DNA of 64,000 bases from the human T2T-CHM13v2.0 reference genome, Homo sapiens (GCF_009914755.1 NC_060935.1), one strand, 5' to 3'; shown: positions 1 to 22,920, counted from the first letter of the stretch. The notes: generated from the sequence alone by a model not told the origin. Translations and numbers: made by a program.

Positions 1-4155
<4,155 letters not shown>

Positions 4156-4165
4156 TATATACAAA

Positions 4166-4504
4166 AAGTATTGCCTCGTGGGTAACCACTGTTACCCGGT
4201 GGGTAATAAGTATTGCCTCGTGGGTAACCACTGTCACCCGGTGGATAATAAGTATTGCCTCATGAGTAATCACTGTTACCCAGTGGATAATAAGTATTGC
4301 CTCATGGGTAACCGATGTTACCCGGTGGATAATAAGTATTGTGTCGTGGGTAACTGCTGTTACCCAGTGGATAATAAGTATTGCCTCGTGGGTCACTACT
4401 GTTACCCGGTGGATAATAAATATTGCCTTGTAGGTAACTACTATTACGTACTGGATAATAAATATTGCCTCATAGGTAACAGCTACTATTACCTAATAGA
4501 TAAT
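4166..4504. repeat. 42-bp minisatellite, about 8 units (AAGTATTGCCTCGTGGGTAACCACTGTTACCCGGTGGATAAT)
   Basis: Read directly. The period-14 peptide KYCLVGNHCYPVDN in ORF 4124-4561 confirms the 42-nt period. Confidence 0.95.
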
Positions 4505-6742
4505 AATTATACTTTATATATAATATATAATTTAATAATATGTAAGAATTGTATAGTATAATATTATTATATTGTAAATATAATGTAATATATAAATTAT
4601 ATATTATAATAAAATATATTATAATTTATTATGTTATAAATAAAATTTATCATATAATATATAATAAATAAATGATTATATATACATATTATATATGTAT
4701 ATGTATATATGTATAATATATATGTATATGTGTATATATGTATAATATATATGTATATATACTATATATGTATATTATCCACCACCACCACCAATACTTA
4801 TTATCCACTGGGTAACATAATAGAATATATAATATATAAATATTATATATTACATATAGTTATATATGATATAAATATAAATATACATATATAATTTTAT
4901 ATAATATAAATATAAATATATAATATATAATTTATAAGAGTTATACATTATATATACTATATAATACTCCATAATATATATTATAGTATTTTATTTTATA
5001 TTATATTTTGCTATATATTTATTATATATGTATATATTTGTTATATATTTACATATATCATATATTTATTGTATATTGATGTATATATTTATATTTTATA
5101 TATATTTATATATAATAAATGTAAATAATAAATGTAAAATAAATATATAGTATATATATTTATATATATAAATTTATATATTTATATAATATAATATAAT
5201 ATATATAATATATAATATATATAAAATATATTATAATATATCATATATTATATAATTATATATTATATATTATTAATTATATATAATTATATATTATATA
5301 TTATATAATTATATATAATTATATATTATATAATATATAATTATATATAATTATATAATATATAATATATAATTATATATATAATTTTATATAATATAAT
5401 ATAATATTTTATATAATATATTATATATTACATATTATATATATTATATAATTATATAATATATATAATATATAATATATAATTAATTATATATAATTAT
5501 ATATTATAATATATAATTATATATATATAATTATATAATATATAATTATATATATAATTATATAATATATAATTATATATAATTATATAATATATAATTA
5601 TATATATAATTATATAATATATAATTATATATAATTATATATTATATAATTATATATATAATTATATATTATATAATTATATATATAATTATATAATATA
5701 TAATTATATATATAATTATATAATATATAATTATATATATAATTATATATTATATAAAATATTATATTATATTATATATAATTATACGTATAATTATATA
5801 TAATTATATAATATATTATATTATATAAAATATTATATTATATTATATATAATTATATCATATATAATTATATAATATATTATATTATATAAAATATTAT
5901 ATTAAATTATATATAATTATATAACAATGTTATAAAATATAACATATGTTATAAATATATAAATATATAATGAAATATATAATAAATACATTATATATAA
6001 ATATATATAAATATATATAAATTATATAATTATATAATTATAGATAATATATTATATAATAATATATTATAAAATTATATAATTATAGAATATATTATAT
6101 AATTATAGATAATATATTATATAATAATATATTATAAAATTATATAATTATATAATATATAATTATATAATTATATATTATATAATTTTATGTAATACAA
6201 TATTATATTTTATATAATTATATAATAATATATATTATATGATATTTTATATAATTATATATTATATATTATATATTTTTATATAATATATAATAATATA
6301 TATTATATAATATATAATGTAATATTTTATTATATAATTGCATTATTATTTTATATTTTGTTTTTTATAATTTATCTTTTATGTATTTTATATATTTTAC
6401 ATTATATTTTATATAATTTATATTTCATATATTATTTTATATATTTGGTATTTTATTTTATATAATTTATATGATTATATTTTATTATGTATAAATATGT
6501 ATATTACATTATATATATAAATATATGTAACATATAATATATAATATATAAGAATGTTATATAGTATTATGTTATATTATAAAATTCTAATGTAATAAAA
6601 TATATAATTATATTATGTGGTATTACATTTTATTATATGATTATATTATATATACTATATAATATATTATGTATTATATTATATATTATATATTATATTT
6701 TATTATATGTTATATACAATATAGTATAGTATACAATGTATA
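4505..6742. repeat. ~2.2-kb AT-rich low-complexity tract with self-complementary TATATAATTATATA-type units
   Basis: Almost entirely A/T; most regular between ~5270 and ~5900. Confidence 0.97.
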
Positions 6743-6974
6743 TTTTTTCTTTTTTTTATTTTAGTATTATTATACTTCAACTTTTAGGGTACATGTGCAC
6801 AATGTGCAGGTTAGTTATCCATATATACATGTGCCATGCTTGTGTGCTGCACCCATTGACTCGTCATTTAGCATTAGGTATATCTCATAATGCTATCCCT
6901 CCCCCCCTGCCCCCAGCCCACAACTGTCCCCAGAGTGTGATGGTCCCCTTCCTGTGTCCATGTGTTCTCATTGT

Positions 6975-10814
<3,840 letters not shown>

Positions 10815-10862
10815 TTATTTTGCTCGTTAGTTGATACAGTTTCTTCCTAGTCTCAATGGTCT

Positions 10863-11880
10863 TTACATTTTGGCATGATTTTGCAGTGGCTGGTACCGGT
10901 TGTTCCTTTCCATGTTCAGCGCTTCCTTCAGGAGCTCTTTTAGGGCAGACCTGGTGGTGACAAAATCTCTCAGCATTTGCTTGTCTGTAAAGTATTGTAT
11001 TTCTCCTTCACTTATGAAGCTTAGTTTGGCTGGATATGAAATTCTGGGTTGAAAATTCTTCTCTTTAAGAATGTTGAATATTGGCCCCCACTCTCTTCTG
11101 GCTTGTAGAGTTTCTGCCAAGAGATCTGCTGTTAGTCTGATGGGCTTCCCTTTGAGGGTAACCCGACCTTTCTCTCTGGCTGCCCTTAACATTTTTTCCT
11201 TCCTTTCAACTTTGGTGAATCTGACAATTATGTGTCTTGGAGTTGCTCTTCTCGAGGAGTATCTTTGTGGCGTTCTCTGTATTTCCTGAATCTGAACGTT
11301 GGCCTGCCTTGCTAGATTGGGGAAGTTCTCCTGGATAATATCCTGCAGAGTGTTTTCCAACTTGGTTCCATTCACCCCGTCACTTTCAGGTACACAAATG
11401 AGATGTAGATTTGGTCTTGTCACATAGTCCCATATTTCTCGGAGGCTTTGTTCATTTCTTTTTATTCTTTTTTCTCTAAACTTCCCTTCTCGCTTCATTT
11501 CATTCATTTCATCTTTCATCACTGATACACTTTCTTCCAGTTGATCACATCAGCTCCTGAGGCTTCTGCATTCTTCATGTAGTTCTCGAGCCTTGGTTTT
11601 CAGCTCCATCAGCTCCTTTAAGCACTTCTCTGGATTGGTTATTCTAGTTATCCATTCGTCTAAATTTTTTTTCAAAGTTTTTAACTTCTTTGCCTTCGGT
11701 TTGAATTTCCTCCTGTAGCTCAGAGTAGTTTGATTGTCTGAAGCCTTCTTCTCTCAACTCATCAAAGTCATTCTCCGTCCAGCTTTGTTCCATTGCTGGT
11801 GAGGAACTGTGTTCCTTTGGAGGAGGAGAGGTGCTCTGCTTTTTAGAGTTTCCCGTTTTTCTGCTCTGTTTTTTCCCCAT
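10863..11880 (-). pseudogene. Disrupted L1 ORF1 (RNA-binding protein)
   Basis: MGKKQSRKTGNSK.. (11644-11880) and ..NRYQPLQNHAKM (10863-11522), separated by a frameshift at the T-run near 11665-11672. Confidence 0.93.
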
Positions 11881-12299
11881 CTTTGTGGTTTTATCTACTT
11901 TTGTCTTTGATGATGGTGATGTACAGATAGGTTTTTGGTGTGGATGTCCTTTCTGTTTGTTAGTTTTCTTTCTAACAGACAGGACCGTCAGCTGCAGGTC
12001 TGTTGGTGTTTGCTAGAAGTCTACTCCAGACCCTGTTTGCCTGGGTAACAGCAGCAGTGTCTGCAGAACAGCGGATTTTCGTGAACCGTGAATGCTGCTG
12101 TCTGATTGTTCCTCTGGAAGTTTTGTCTCAGTGGAGTACCCAGCCGTGTGAGGTGTCAGTCTGCCCCTACTGGGGGGTGCCTCCTAGTTAGGCTGCTTGG
12201 GGGTCAGGGGTCAGGGACCCACTTGAGGAGGCAGTCTGCCCATTTTCAGATCTCCAGCTGTGAGCTGGGAGAACCACTGCTCTCTTCAAAGCTGTCAGA

Positions 12300-12915
12300 C
12301 TGGGACATTTAAGTTTGCAGAGGTTACTGCTGTCTTTTTGTTTGTCTGTGCCCTGCCCCCAGAGGTGGAGCCTACAGAGGCAGGCAGCCCTCCTTGAGCT
12401 GTGGTGGGCTCCACCCAGTTCGAGCTTCCCAGCTGCTTTGTTTACCTAAGCAAGCCTGGGCAATGGTGGGCACCCCTCCCCCAGCCTCACTGCCGCCTTT
12501 CAGTTTGATCTCAGACTGCTGTGCGAGCAATCAGCGAGACTCTGTGGGCATAGGACCCTCCGAGCCAGGTGCAGGATATAATCTCCTGGTGCACCGTTCC
12601 TTAAGCCCGTCGGAAAAGTGCAGTATTAGGGTGGGAGTGACCCGATTTTCCAGGTGCCGTCTGTTACCCCTTTCTTTGATTAGGAAAGGGAACTCCCTGA
12701 CCCCTTGCGCTTCCTGAGTGAGGCAATGCCATGCTCTGCTTCGGCTCATGCACGCTGCGCTGCCCCCACTGTCCTGTGCCCACTGTCTGGCACTCCCTAG
12801 TGAGATGAACCTGGTACCTCAGGTGGAAATGCAGAAATTAGCTGTCTTCTGCATCGCTCAGGCCGGGAGCTGTAGACTGGAGCTGTTCCTATTCGGCCAT
12901 CTTGGCTGCCCCACC
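12300..12915. promoter_or_regulatory. L1 5'UTR: sense promoter (minus strand) with YY1 site at 12894-12906, and antisense promoter region (~12300-12500) firing on the + strand
   Basis: cggccatcttggc is the reverse complement of the L1 YY1 motif. The antisense promoter position is inferred from known L1 architecture. Confidence 0.6.
12463..12717 (+). CDS. L1 ORF0 (antisense 5'UTR ORF), open, 84 aa
   Basis: ATG at 12463 in a strong Kozak context (gcaATGG). MVGTPPPASLPPFSLISDCCASNQRDSVGIGPSEPG..RVGVTRFSRC matches ORF0. Expression unknown. Confidence 0.65.
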   Translation: MVGTPPPASLPPFSLISDCCASNQRDSVGIGPSEPGAGYNLLVHRSLSPSEKCSIRVGVTRFSRCRLLPLSLIRKGNSLTPCAS

Positions 12916-13655
12916 TATGTAACATATTACATATAATTTATTTATATATAATTTACTTGTATTATATATGTAATATATTGTATCTATTCTATAATATATT
13001 CTATAATATATAATATAGTAATATAATATAATATATAATATATATTATATTAAATATAAAATAATATAAAATATAATATATATTATATTAAATATAAAAT
13101 AATATAAAATATAATATATATTATATTAAATATAAAATATAATATATATTATATTTTATATTAAATATAAAATATAATGTTATATATTATATTAAATATA
13201 AAATATAATATTATATTATATATTATATTAAATATAACATAATAGTTTGTATTAAATATATTATATATAATATAATATAATGTTATATAATGTAATAATA
13301 TATTATTTTATAATGTAACATAATTATATTATTTTATAATATATAATTTATTTAAAATATAATATATAATATAATGTAATATAATATATGATTATATATT
13401 GTATTATGTTATATGTAATATATTATATATAATATATGATATATTAATAATATATATAAATAAACAATTTATATATTATATATAATTTATATATATTATA
13501 TTTTAAAATGTAATTTATATATATAAATTATATATTATAAAATATAAAATATATAGTATATAATATATAATACATTATTTTGTTCATTTTAAATTTTTAT
13601 ATATTTATATATTATATGTTTATATTGTATCCATATATAAATGTAGCATATATAT
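12916..13655. repeat. AT-rich low-complexity tract, continuation of the 4505-6742 tract
   Basis: Nearly all A/T, with short internal tandem units around 13040-13140. Confidence 0.95.
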
Positions 13656-14232
13656 GCTACTGTTTCTTTATCCACTCATGTGTTCGTCAGTTGTGAATTG
13701 TGCTGCAATATATATTCACGTGCAGATGTCTTTTGATGTGACTTCTTTTCCTCTGGGTAGACACCAAGTAGTAGGATTGCTGCAGTCAATGGTAGATCTA
13801 ATTATAGTTCTTTGAGAAACCTCCATACTATTTACACAGAGGTTGTACTAATTTACACTCCCACCCACAATGCATAAGTGTTCCCTTTTCACCACATCTT
13901 CACGAACATCTGTTGGTTTTTTACTTTTTAATAATGGCCATTCTGACTAGGGTAAGGTGGTATCTCATTATGCTTTTAATTTCCATTTCCCTGATGATTA
14001 GTGATACTGAGTATTTTTTATATGTTTGTTGGTGTTTGTATGTCTTCTTTTGAAAAATGTGTGTCCATGTAATTTACTCACTTTATAATAGAACTATTTA
14101 TTTTTTCTTCCTAATTTGTTTGAGGTCCATGTAGATTCTGGATATTAGTCATTTGTCAAATGTGTAGGTTACAAATATTTTCTCTCATTTTGTAGGTTTC
14201 CTGTTTTCTCTGTTATTTGTTTTGCTGTGCAA
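13656..14232 (-). mobile_element. L1PB/L1MA-type 3' fragment
   Basis: 'tttctttatccactc..gacttcttttcctctgggtagacacc..gttgtactaatttaca' matches the L1PB-type 3' region. Confidence 0.8.
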
Positions 14233-14289
14233 AAGGAAAAAGGCAGTAGAACACATAGAGCAAGAATTAGAATTAAGTGTAATCAACAT

Positions 14290-15594
14290 CATTGGAGAAT
14301 GATAAGGTACAAATATGTAAAATGCAAAACAGAAACAAGACATCAGAAAGAAGAACCAGTTGAAGTTTCTTGGTCTGAAAAGTATAATAACTGAAGTAAA
14401 TAGTAGTCTGGTGCACGAGTAGAATGTATACAAAAATCAAATTAGTGAGCTGGAAGATTAGGCTGAAGAACTCTCCCAGAAATAATCAAGAAGGAATATA
14501 GAGTTGAGAAAACATGAAAGACAAGTTTAAAAATATGGAGGAAAGAAATAATAATATCACTATCTATATTTTAAAAATTCCAGAAATGTAGTGTAAAAAA
14601 TCCAGTGAAAAGTGGAGAAGCAATACGTTATTTTCAAGTACACATGAAACCCAAAAATAGACTACATACTGAGTCACAAAGGAAATCTCAGCAACTTTCA
14701 AATTCATCATTTAAATGTAAATTGCAATGAAATTGCAAAATATTTGACAATGAATAACAATGAAAGTACTTTATATCAAACATTAGGGAATGCCACCAAA
14801 TTATATTGAGAGGGAAATATGTAACTGTACATGCAGCTATTAAATAGCAGTGAAAATTAAGACTAAATGTGCTAGGTGTCCAAGTCAAGAATAGGAAGAG
14901 AATAGCACAGTAAACCTGGAAAAAGTAGAAATCAAGAAATCACAAATGGAAAAGATACTAATAGGAGGTAAAACAAAGAAACAATAGAGATGATCAACAG
15001 AATAAAACCTAACTCTTAGAGCACACTGAAAGTGGGCAACGTTCTAGTACATTTGATCAAGGGGAAAAGAAAATACAGAAGCGATTAATTTTCAAAATGA
15101 AAAAGGGTATATCACATCTGACACCAGGAAGATTTTTTAAAGATTATTTGGGGAATAAAACAGGATACACATCTGAATTGGTGTTCTCATGAAAGAACAC
15201 TAGAGTAACTTTATGCCAACACATTTGCAAAGTTTGACACAGAGGACATATTTTTGTGGTATATAACAACACAATTGATGAGAAGATAAATTTTAAAAAC
15301 CCAAATAAAAAAGTAATTATTCTCTGCATAGTTATTTCTTTCCAAAGAATACAGCATGGAAAAGGAGAAAGATTAACTTCCAAAGTGGAAAAGCCTGGCA
15401 AACACTACCTCAGCTAGATGATCAAGATCAACACTAGCAGTGAAAATTGTAATGTGTACCCTTGATATGATGTGATGAAAATGGCATTTTACTTCTGTGG
15501 TCCTTCTCCCCCAGTTCAAAAAACCCGGTCTAACAATGAGAAAAACACCAGATAATTCCCAATTGAGGGATACTGTTTATAAAATACCTGACCA
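14290..15594 (+). mobile_element. Old L1M fragments (ORF1/ORF2 remnants, then an L1MC-type 3' segment at ~15320-15594)
   Basis: 'attagtgagctggaagat..gaagaactctcccaga' and 'aagcctggcaaacactacctcag..aaaatacctgacca'. Confidence 0.6.
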
Positions 15595-15617
15595 TGAGCA
15601 GTGGTTTGTAGTTCTCC

Positions 15618-17778
15618 ACATGTGCAGAACATAGATATACACGTACCATGGTGGTTTGCTGCACTCATCATCCCACCATCTACAGTAGGTATTTCTCCTA
15701 ATGCTATCCCTCCCCACTCCCCCCAGCCCCCGACAGGCCCAGGTGTGTGATTTTCCCCTCCCTGTGTCCATGTGTTCTCATTGTTCCACTCCCACTTATG
15801 AGTGACAACATGCAGTATTTGGTTTGTGTTAGTTTGCTGAGAATGATGGTTTCCAGCTTCATCTATGTCCCTGCAAAGGACACGAACTCATCCTTTTGAT
15901 GGCTGCATGGTATTCCATGGTGTACATGTGCCACATCTTCTTTATCCAGTCTATTATTGATGGACATTTGGGTTGGTTCCAAGTCTTTGCTATTGTGAAT
16001 AGTACTGCAATATACATATGTGTGCATGTGTCTTTATAGTAGAATGGTTTATATTCCTTTGGGTATATACCCAGTACTGGGCTTGCTGGGTCAAATGGCA
16101 TTTCTAGTTCTAGATCCTTGAGGAATCGCCACACTGTCTTCCACAATGGTTGAACTAATTTACACTCTCACCAACAGTGTAAAATAATTCCTACTTCTCC
16201 ACATGCTCTCCAGCATCGGTTGTTTCCTGACATTTTAATGATCGCCATTCTAACTGGCATGAGATCGTGGTTTTGTGGTTTTGATTTGCATTTCTCTAAT
16301 GACCAGTGATGATGAGCATTTTTTAATGTTTGTTGGCTGCATAAATGTCTTCTTTTGAGAAGTGTCCATTCATATCCTTTGCCCACATTTTGATGGGGTT
16401 GTTTGTTTTTTTCTTGTAAATTTAAGTTCTTTGTAGATTCTGGATATTAGCCCTTTGTCAGATGGATAGATTGCAAAAATTTTCTCCCATTCTGTAGGTT
16501 TCCTGTTCATTCTGATGATAGTTTCTTTTGCTGTGCAGAAGCTCTTTAGTTTAATTAGATCCCATTTGTCAATTTTGACTTTTGTTGCCACTGCTTTTGG
16601 TGTTTTAGTCATGAAGTCTTTGCCCATGCCTACATCCTGAATGGTACTGCCTAGGTTTTCTTCTAGTGTTTTTATAGCTTTAGGTCTTACATTTAAGTCT
16701 TTAATTCATCTTGAGTTACTTTTTGTATAAGGTGTAAGGAAGGGGTCCAGTTTCAGTTTTCTGTATATGGCTAGGCAGTTTTCCCAACACCATTTATTAA
16801 ATACGGAATCCTTTCCCCATTGCTTGTTTTTGTCAGGTTTGTCAAAGATCAGATGGTTGTAGATGTGTGGCGTTATTTCTGAGGCCTGTGTTCTGTTCCA
16901 TTGGTCTATATATCTGTTTTGGATACCAGTTCCATGCTGTTTTCATTACTGTAGCCTTGTAGTATAGTTTAAAGTCAGGTAGCATGATACCTCCACCTTT
17001 GTTCTTTTTGCTTAAGATTGTCTTGGCTATATGGGCTCTTTTTTGGTACCATATGAAACTTAAAGTAGTTTTTTTTTTAATAATTCTGTGAAGAAAGTCT
17101 GTGGTAGCTTGATGGGGATAGCAGTGAATCTATAAATTACTTTAGGCAGAATGGCCACTTTCATGATATTAATTCTTCCTATTCATGAGCATGGAGTGTT
17201 TTTCCATTTTTTTGTGTCCTCTCTTATTTTCTTGAGCAGTGATTTGTAGTTCCCCTTGAAGAGGTCCTTCATATCCCTTTTAAGTTGTATTGCTAGGCAT
17301 TTTATTCTCTTTGCAGCAATTGTGAATGGGAGTTCACTAATGTTTTGGCTCTCTATTATTGGTGTATAAGAATGCTTGGGATTTTTGCACATTGATTTTG
17401 TATCCTGAGACTTTGCTGAAGTTGCTTATCAGCTTAAGGAGATTTTGGGCTGAGATGATGGGGTTTTCTAAATATACAATCATGGCATCTGCAAACAGAG
17501 ACAATATGACTTCCTCTCTTCCTGTTCGAATACCTTTATTTCTTTCTCTTGCCTGATTTCCCTGGCCAGAACTTCCAATACTACGTTGAATAGGAGTGGT
17601 AAGAGAGGACATCCTTGTCTTGTGCTGGTTTTCAAAGGGAATGCTTCCAGCTTTTGCCCATTCAGTATGATATTGGCTGTGGGTTTGTCATAAATTGCTC
17701 TTATTATTTTGAGATATAGTCCATCAATACCTAGTTTATTGAGAGTTTTTAGCATAAAGGAGTGTTAAATTTTATCAA
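15618..17778 (-). mobile_element. 5'-truncated L1PA7/L1PA8-like element with a rearranged 3' end
   Basis: ORF2 C-terminal peptides (15859-17755, minus strand); 3'UTR 'catggtggtttgctgcac'; no poly(T). Confidence 0.9.
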
Positions 17779-17789
17779 TTGCATTTCTA

Positions 17790-19310
17790 AGCAGTAATAA
17801 TAACTTACTAAAAATGTAATAGAAAAATATCCTATTTGCTACTGCATGTACAACATCTAAAATTAAAATAAGATATAAAATATTTTTATGGACATTACAA
17901 TATTGAAGGACATGAAAGAAGGCATGAATAAATGGAATATTATGTCATGTTTATGAACTGGAAGTTCTAATATCATAAAGATGGTAATTCCCCCTCAAAT
18001 TTTATCAAATCTCTATAAGCTGATTCTAAATGTTATATGGAAGAGCAAAGGGCCAAAAATACATATCTCAATCTGCAGAGGATGAAAATAATGGAGCCCA
18101 CCCTGCCAGATATCAATTTAAAAAAAAAAACTGTAATTAAGACAGTGTAGCATTTGCATAGCTATAAACAAATTGACCACTAAGATAGAATTAAAAGCGC
18201 AGAACTCAATCTATTAATAAAAGCTTGATAAATAACAGAAATTGTCATGACATATTGATGAAAAAGCATAAACACTTAATAAATGATTATTCACACTATT
18301 AAAAAAAAAAACAGGCCGGGCATAGTGTTTTATGCCTGTAATCTCAGCACTTTGGGAGGCTGAGGCAGGCGGATTCCTTGAGGTCAGGAGTTCAAAACCA
18401 GCCTGGCCAACATGGTGAAACCCCATCTTTACTAAAAATACAAAAATTAGCTGGGCGTGATGGCGTGCACTTATAATCTCAGCTACACAGAGGCTGAGGC
18501 AGGAGAATCACTTGAACCCGAGAGGCAGAAGCTGCAGTGAGCTGAGATCATGCCACTGCACTCCAGCCTGGGTGACAGAGTGAGACTCCATCTCGAAAAT
18601 AAATAAGTAAAAATAAAAAAACCCAGTCCCCAAAAGATTCCCTATACCACATCATGCATGCCTCTGCAAATTCCAGGTAGATTAATCTGAATGTGAAAAG
18701 GCGAACTTTAAAATTTCAGGAGAAAATGGAAAATGATGTATTTTCTGGAGAATAAAAGGATTTCTGAAAGACAAACAAAAACCAAAAACAAAAACATAAA
18801 TGATAGAAGAAAATGTTGATAAATTTAACTATATTAAATTTTTGAATTTCAGTGCAATAAAAGATACCCTAAACCAAGTTAAAATGCAAGGCATAAGCTA
18901 TGTCCAATTAATAAAATGAACAATGTATTTGTGTCCAAAGTTAGCAAAGAACTCCTCCAAAGTAAAGGGAAAGAAAACCCAAAAGAAAAATGAAGAAAAG
19001 ACATGAATAAAGAATTCATATAAAGTGATATTTGAATGACTAATACGTATATGTGAAAATATTCAATGTTACTAATTATAAAATAAGTGAGAATTCAAAT
19101 CACAGTGACAGATGTCATGTTCATTAGATAGGCCAAATTTGAGAGTATAAAAATTATAATTTGTTGATAAGTATTTGGCATAATGGGCTCTTCTATCCTT
19201 CTGCTATGAGAGTCATTTTGGCAGAAAATTTTGGCAACATCTAGTAAAATTAAATATGTATATAGCCTTTGACTCAGCATTTATATCTATTGGTTAGTAC
19301 TTCAGAGAAA
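17790..19310 (+). mobile_element. Old L1M (ORF2 to 3' remnant), interrupted by an Alu
   Basis: Degenerate ORF2 motifs such as 'aagctgattctaaatgttatatggaagagcaaagggccaa'. Confidence 0.65.
18314..18621 (+). mobile_element. AluS (Sx-like)
   Basis: ggccggg start, dimeric body, A-rich tail. Confidence 0.95.
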
Positions 19311-19329
19311 AATCTCTTGATTTTGCTAG

Positions 19330-21340
<2,011 letters not shown>

Positions 21341-21341
21341 C

Positions 21342-21537
21342 TGTGGTATATAAGACATATATTGAGTCTTTGCCCTGGTTCCTGAGACAGAGCTCCAAAA
21401 ACCCTTAGAATCTCCTAATGATAGGAGTATCTTTGCCTATTTATAATGAGCCCTTTTTGAGCACATCTGAGTTTGTGCTAGTGAAGTGATTCAGGGAGGG
21501 GCCCCGAGATGACCTTAAGATGGGGGCTACTCACCAG
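21342..21537. mobile_element. MER21-like LTR fragment
   Basis: 'tttgccctggttcctgagacagagctccaaaaacccttagaatctcct..gataggagt'. Confidence 0.6.
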
Positions 21538-21539
21538 TC

Positions 21540-22552
21540 TGAATTTGAAGGCATGAGAACCAGGAGAGCCAATGGTGTAGGTTCAGTTCAAAAGCTGGTA
21601 GGTTGAAGGTCCAGGAAGAGCCAATGTTTTGGTTCTACTCTGAAAACAGGACAAAAACCCATATCTCAGTGTGAAGGCATTCAGGCAGGAAGAATTCTCT
21701 CTTACTCAGCGGAGGGTCAGACTTTTGTTCTATTCAGGCTTTCACAAATTGGATGAGGCTCACCTACATTGGGGAGGACAATTTGCTTTAGTCAGTCTAC
21801 TAATTTAAATGTTAATCTACCAAAAAACACTCTTATAGAAACACCCAGAGTAATGATTATCAAATATGTATACCTCATGACCCAGTCAAGTTGATACATA
21901 AAATTAATCATCGTGTCTACCCTTGTCAAGTTAGCACCCATATGCATCTCCTTAAGTCATACTTAATCTCCAAATGAAGACAATGACAAGGTTGTAATTC
22001 CACCTAATATATGATACAACTATCCCGCATACAACTAAAAACTTACTAACTTCTTCTCCAGAAAAGGAGATAAAGTCCTTGAGTGATGTTTACTCTTCTT
22101 GATAGTCTATAACTTAAATACTTGATATCTTATAATTTGTATACCATAGTCAAAATGATATAATATAAAGTGAACAGTACTTAAATACTATGATACGAAG
22201 TCAATACGTCTTATGTTATATGATAAGGGGATAAGAGGAAACAAAAAAAATATTTGCTTTTTTATACACACAATACAAATATATTTTTATACAAAAATAA
22301 TAAGGAAATACTCATGACAATTACAGTCCTTGTTTATGTAACTGGTCACATGGTTATAACTGATATTTATCCTCCACTACCATTCCATATTCCTTTCGCC
22401 TTCAGCAAGCACCTCAGCTTGTCATGTTTTTTTTTTTTTAACTGGTGGGGTGACCCAAACCTTTACTTTTGAAGGGTCTGGACCATTAATCCTGCCTTGA
22501 TTGGGTCATTTTAGTTTTCCATGGACCTTAATCTTAGGGCATGGTAATACTA
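21540..22552 (-). mobile_element. MLT2 LTR (to ~21913) plus adjoining ERVL internal fragment
   Basis: 'cccagtcaagttgatacataaaattaatcatc' is the reverse complement of the MLT2 5' end; followed by ERVL-int 'cccttgtcaagttagcaccca'. Confidence 0.75.
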
Positions 22553-22554
22553 AT

Positions 22555-22920
22555 GAACCACACAAAGACTTGCACATACATGTTCTTAGAAGCATTATTC
22601 TTAGTAGCAAAAAATTAGAGAAAATCTAATGTATTTTAACTGGTGAATGGATAGACACAATGTGGCATATGAACACAATGAAGTAATATTCAGCAATGAA
22701 AAGGAATGAACTACTAGTACATGTTAGCATATGGAAGGACCTCACAACTATTATGCTCAGTGAAAGAAACCAGACACAAGAGACCACATGTTGTGACTCC
22801 ACTTGATTGAAATTGCCAGAAAAGGCAAAGCTATAGAGACAGAAAGCCCATCAGTGGTTGCCTGGGCAACTAGGTAAAAAACATCTTGAGATGATGAAAA
22901 TTTTCTAACTTATGAAGATG
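22555..22920 (+). mobile_element. L1MB/L1ME-type 3' end fragment
   Basis: 'ctggtgaatggatagacacaatgtggcatat..gaaagaaaccagacacaa'. Confidence 0.7.

Noticed and set aside
4166-4504. CRISPR-like array of palindromic repeats
   Set aside because: Units are head-to-tail with no unique spacers, there are no cas genes, and the context is primate. It is a minisatellite.
6524-6535. TSD of the full-length L1 (tatgtaacatat, also at 12916-12927)
   Set aside because: It lies about 200 bp from the poly(T) in low-complexity DNA, so a chance match is likely.
4505-6742. The t(11;22) PATRR11
   Set aside because: The tract is not one long perfect palindrome, and PATRR11 is recalled to lie elsewhere on 11q23. 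Only a structural resemblance is claimed.
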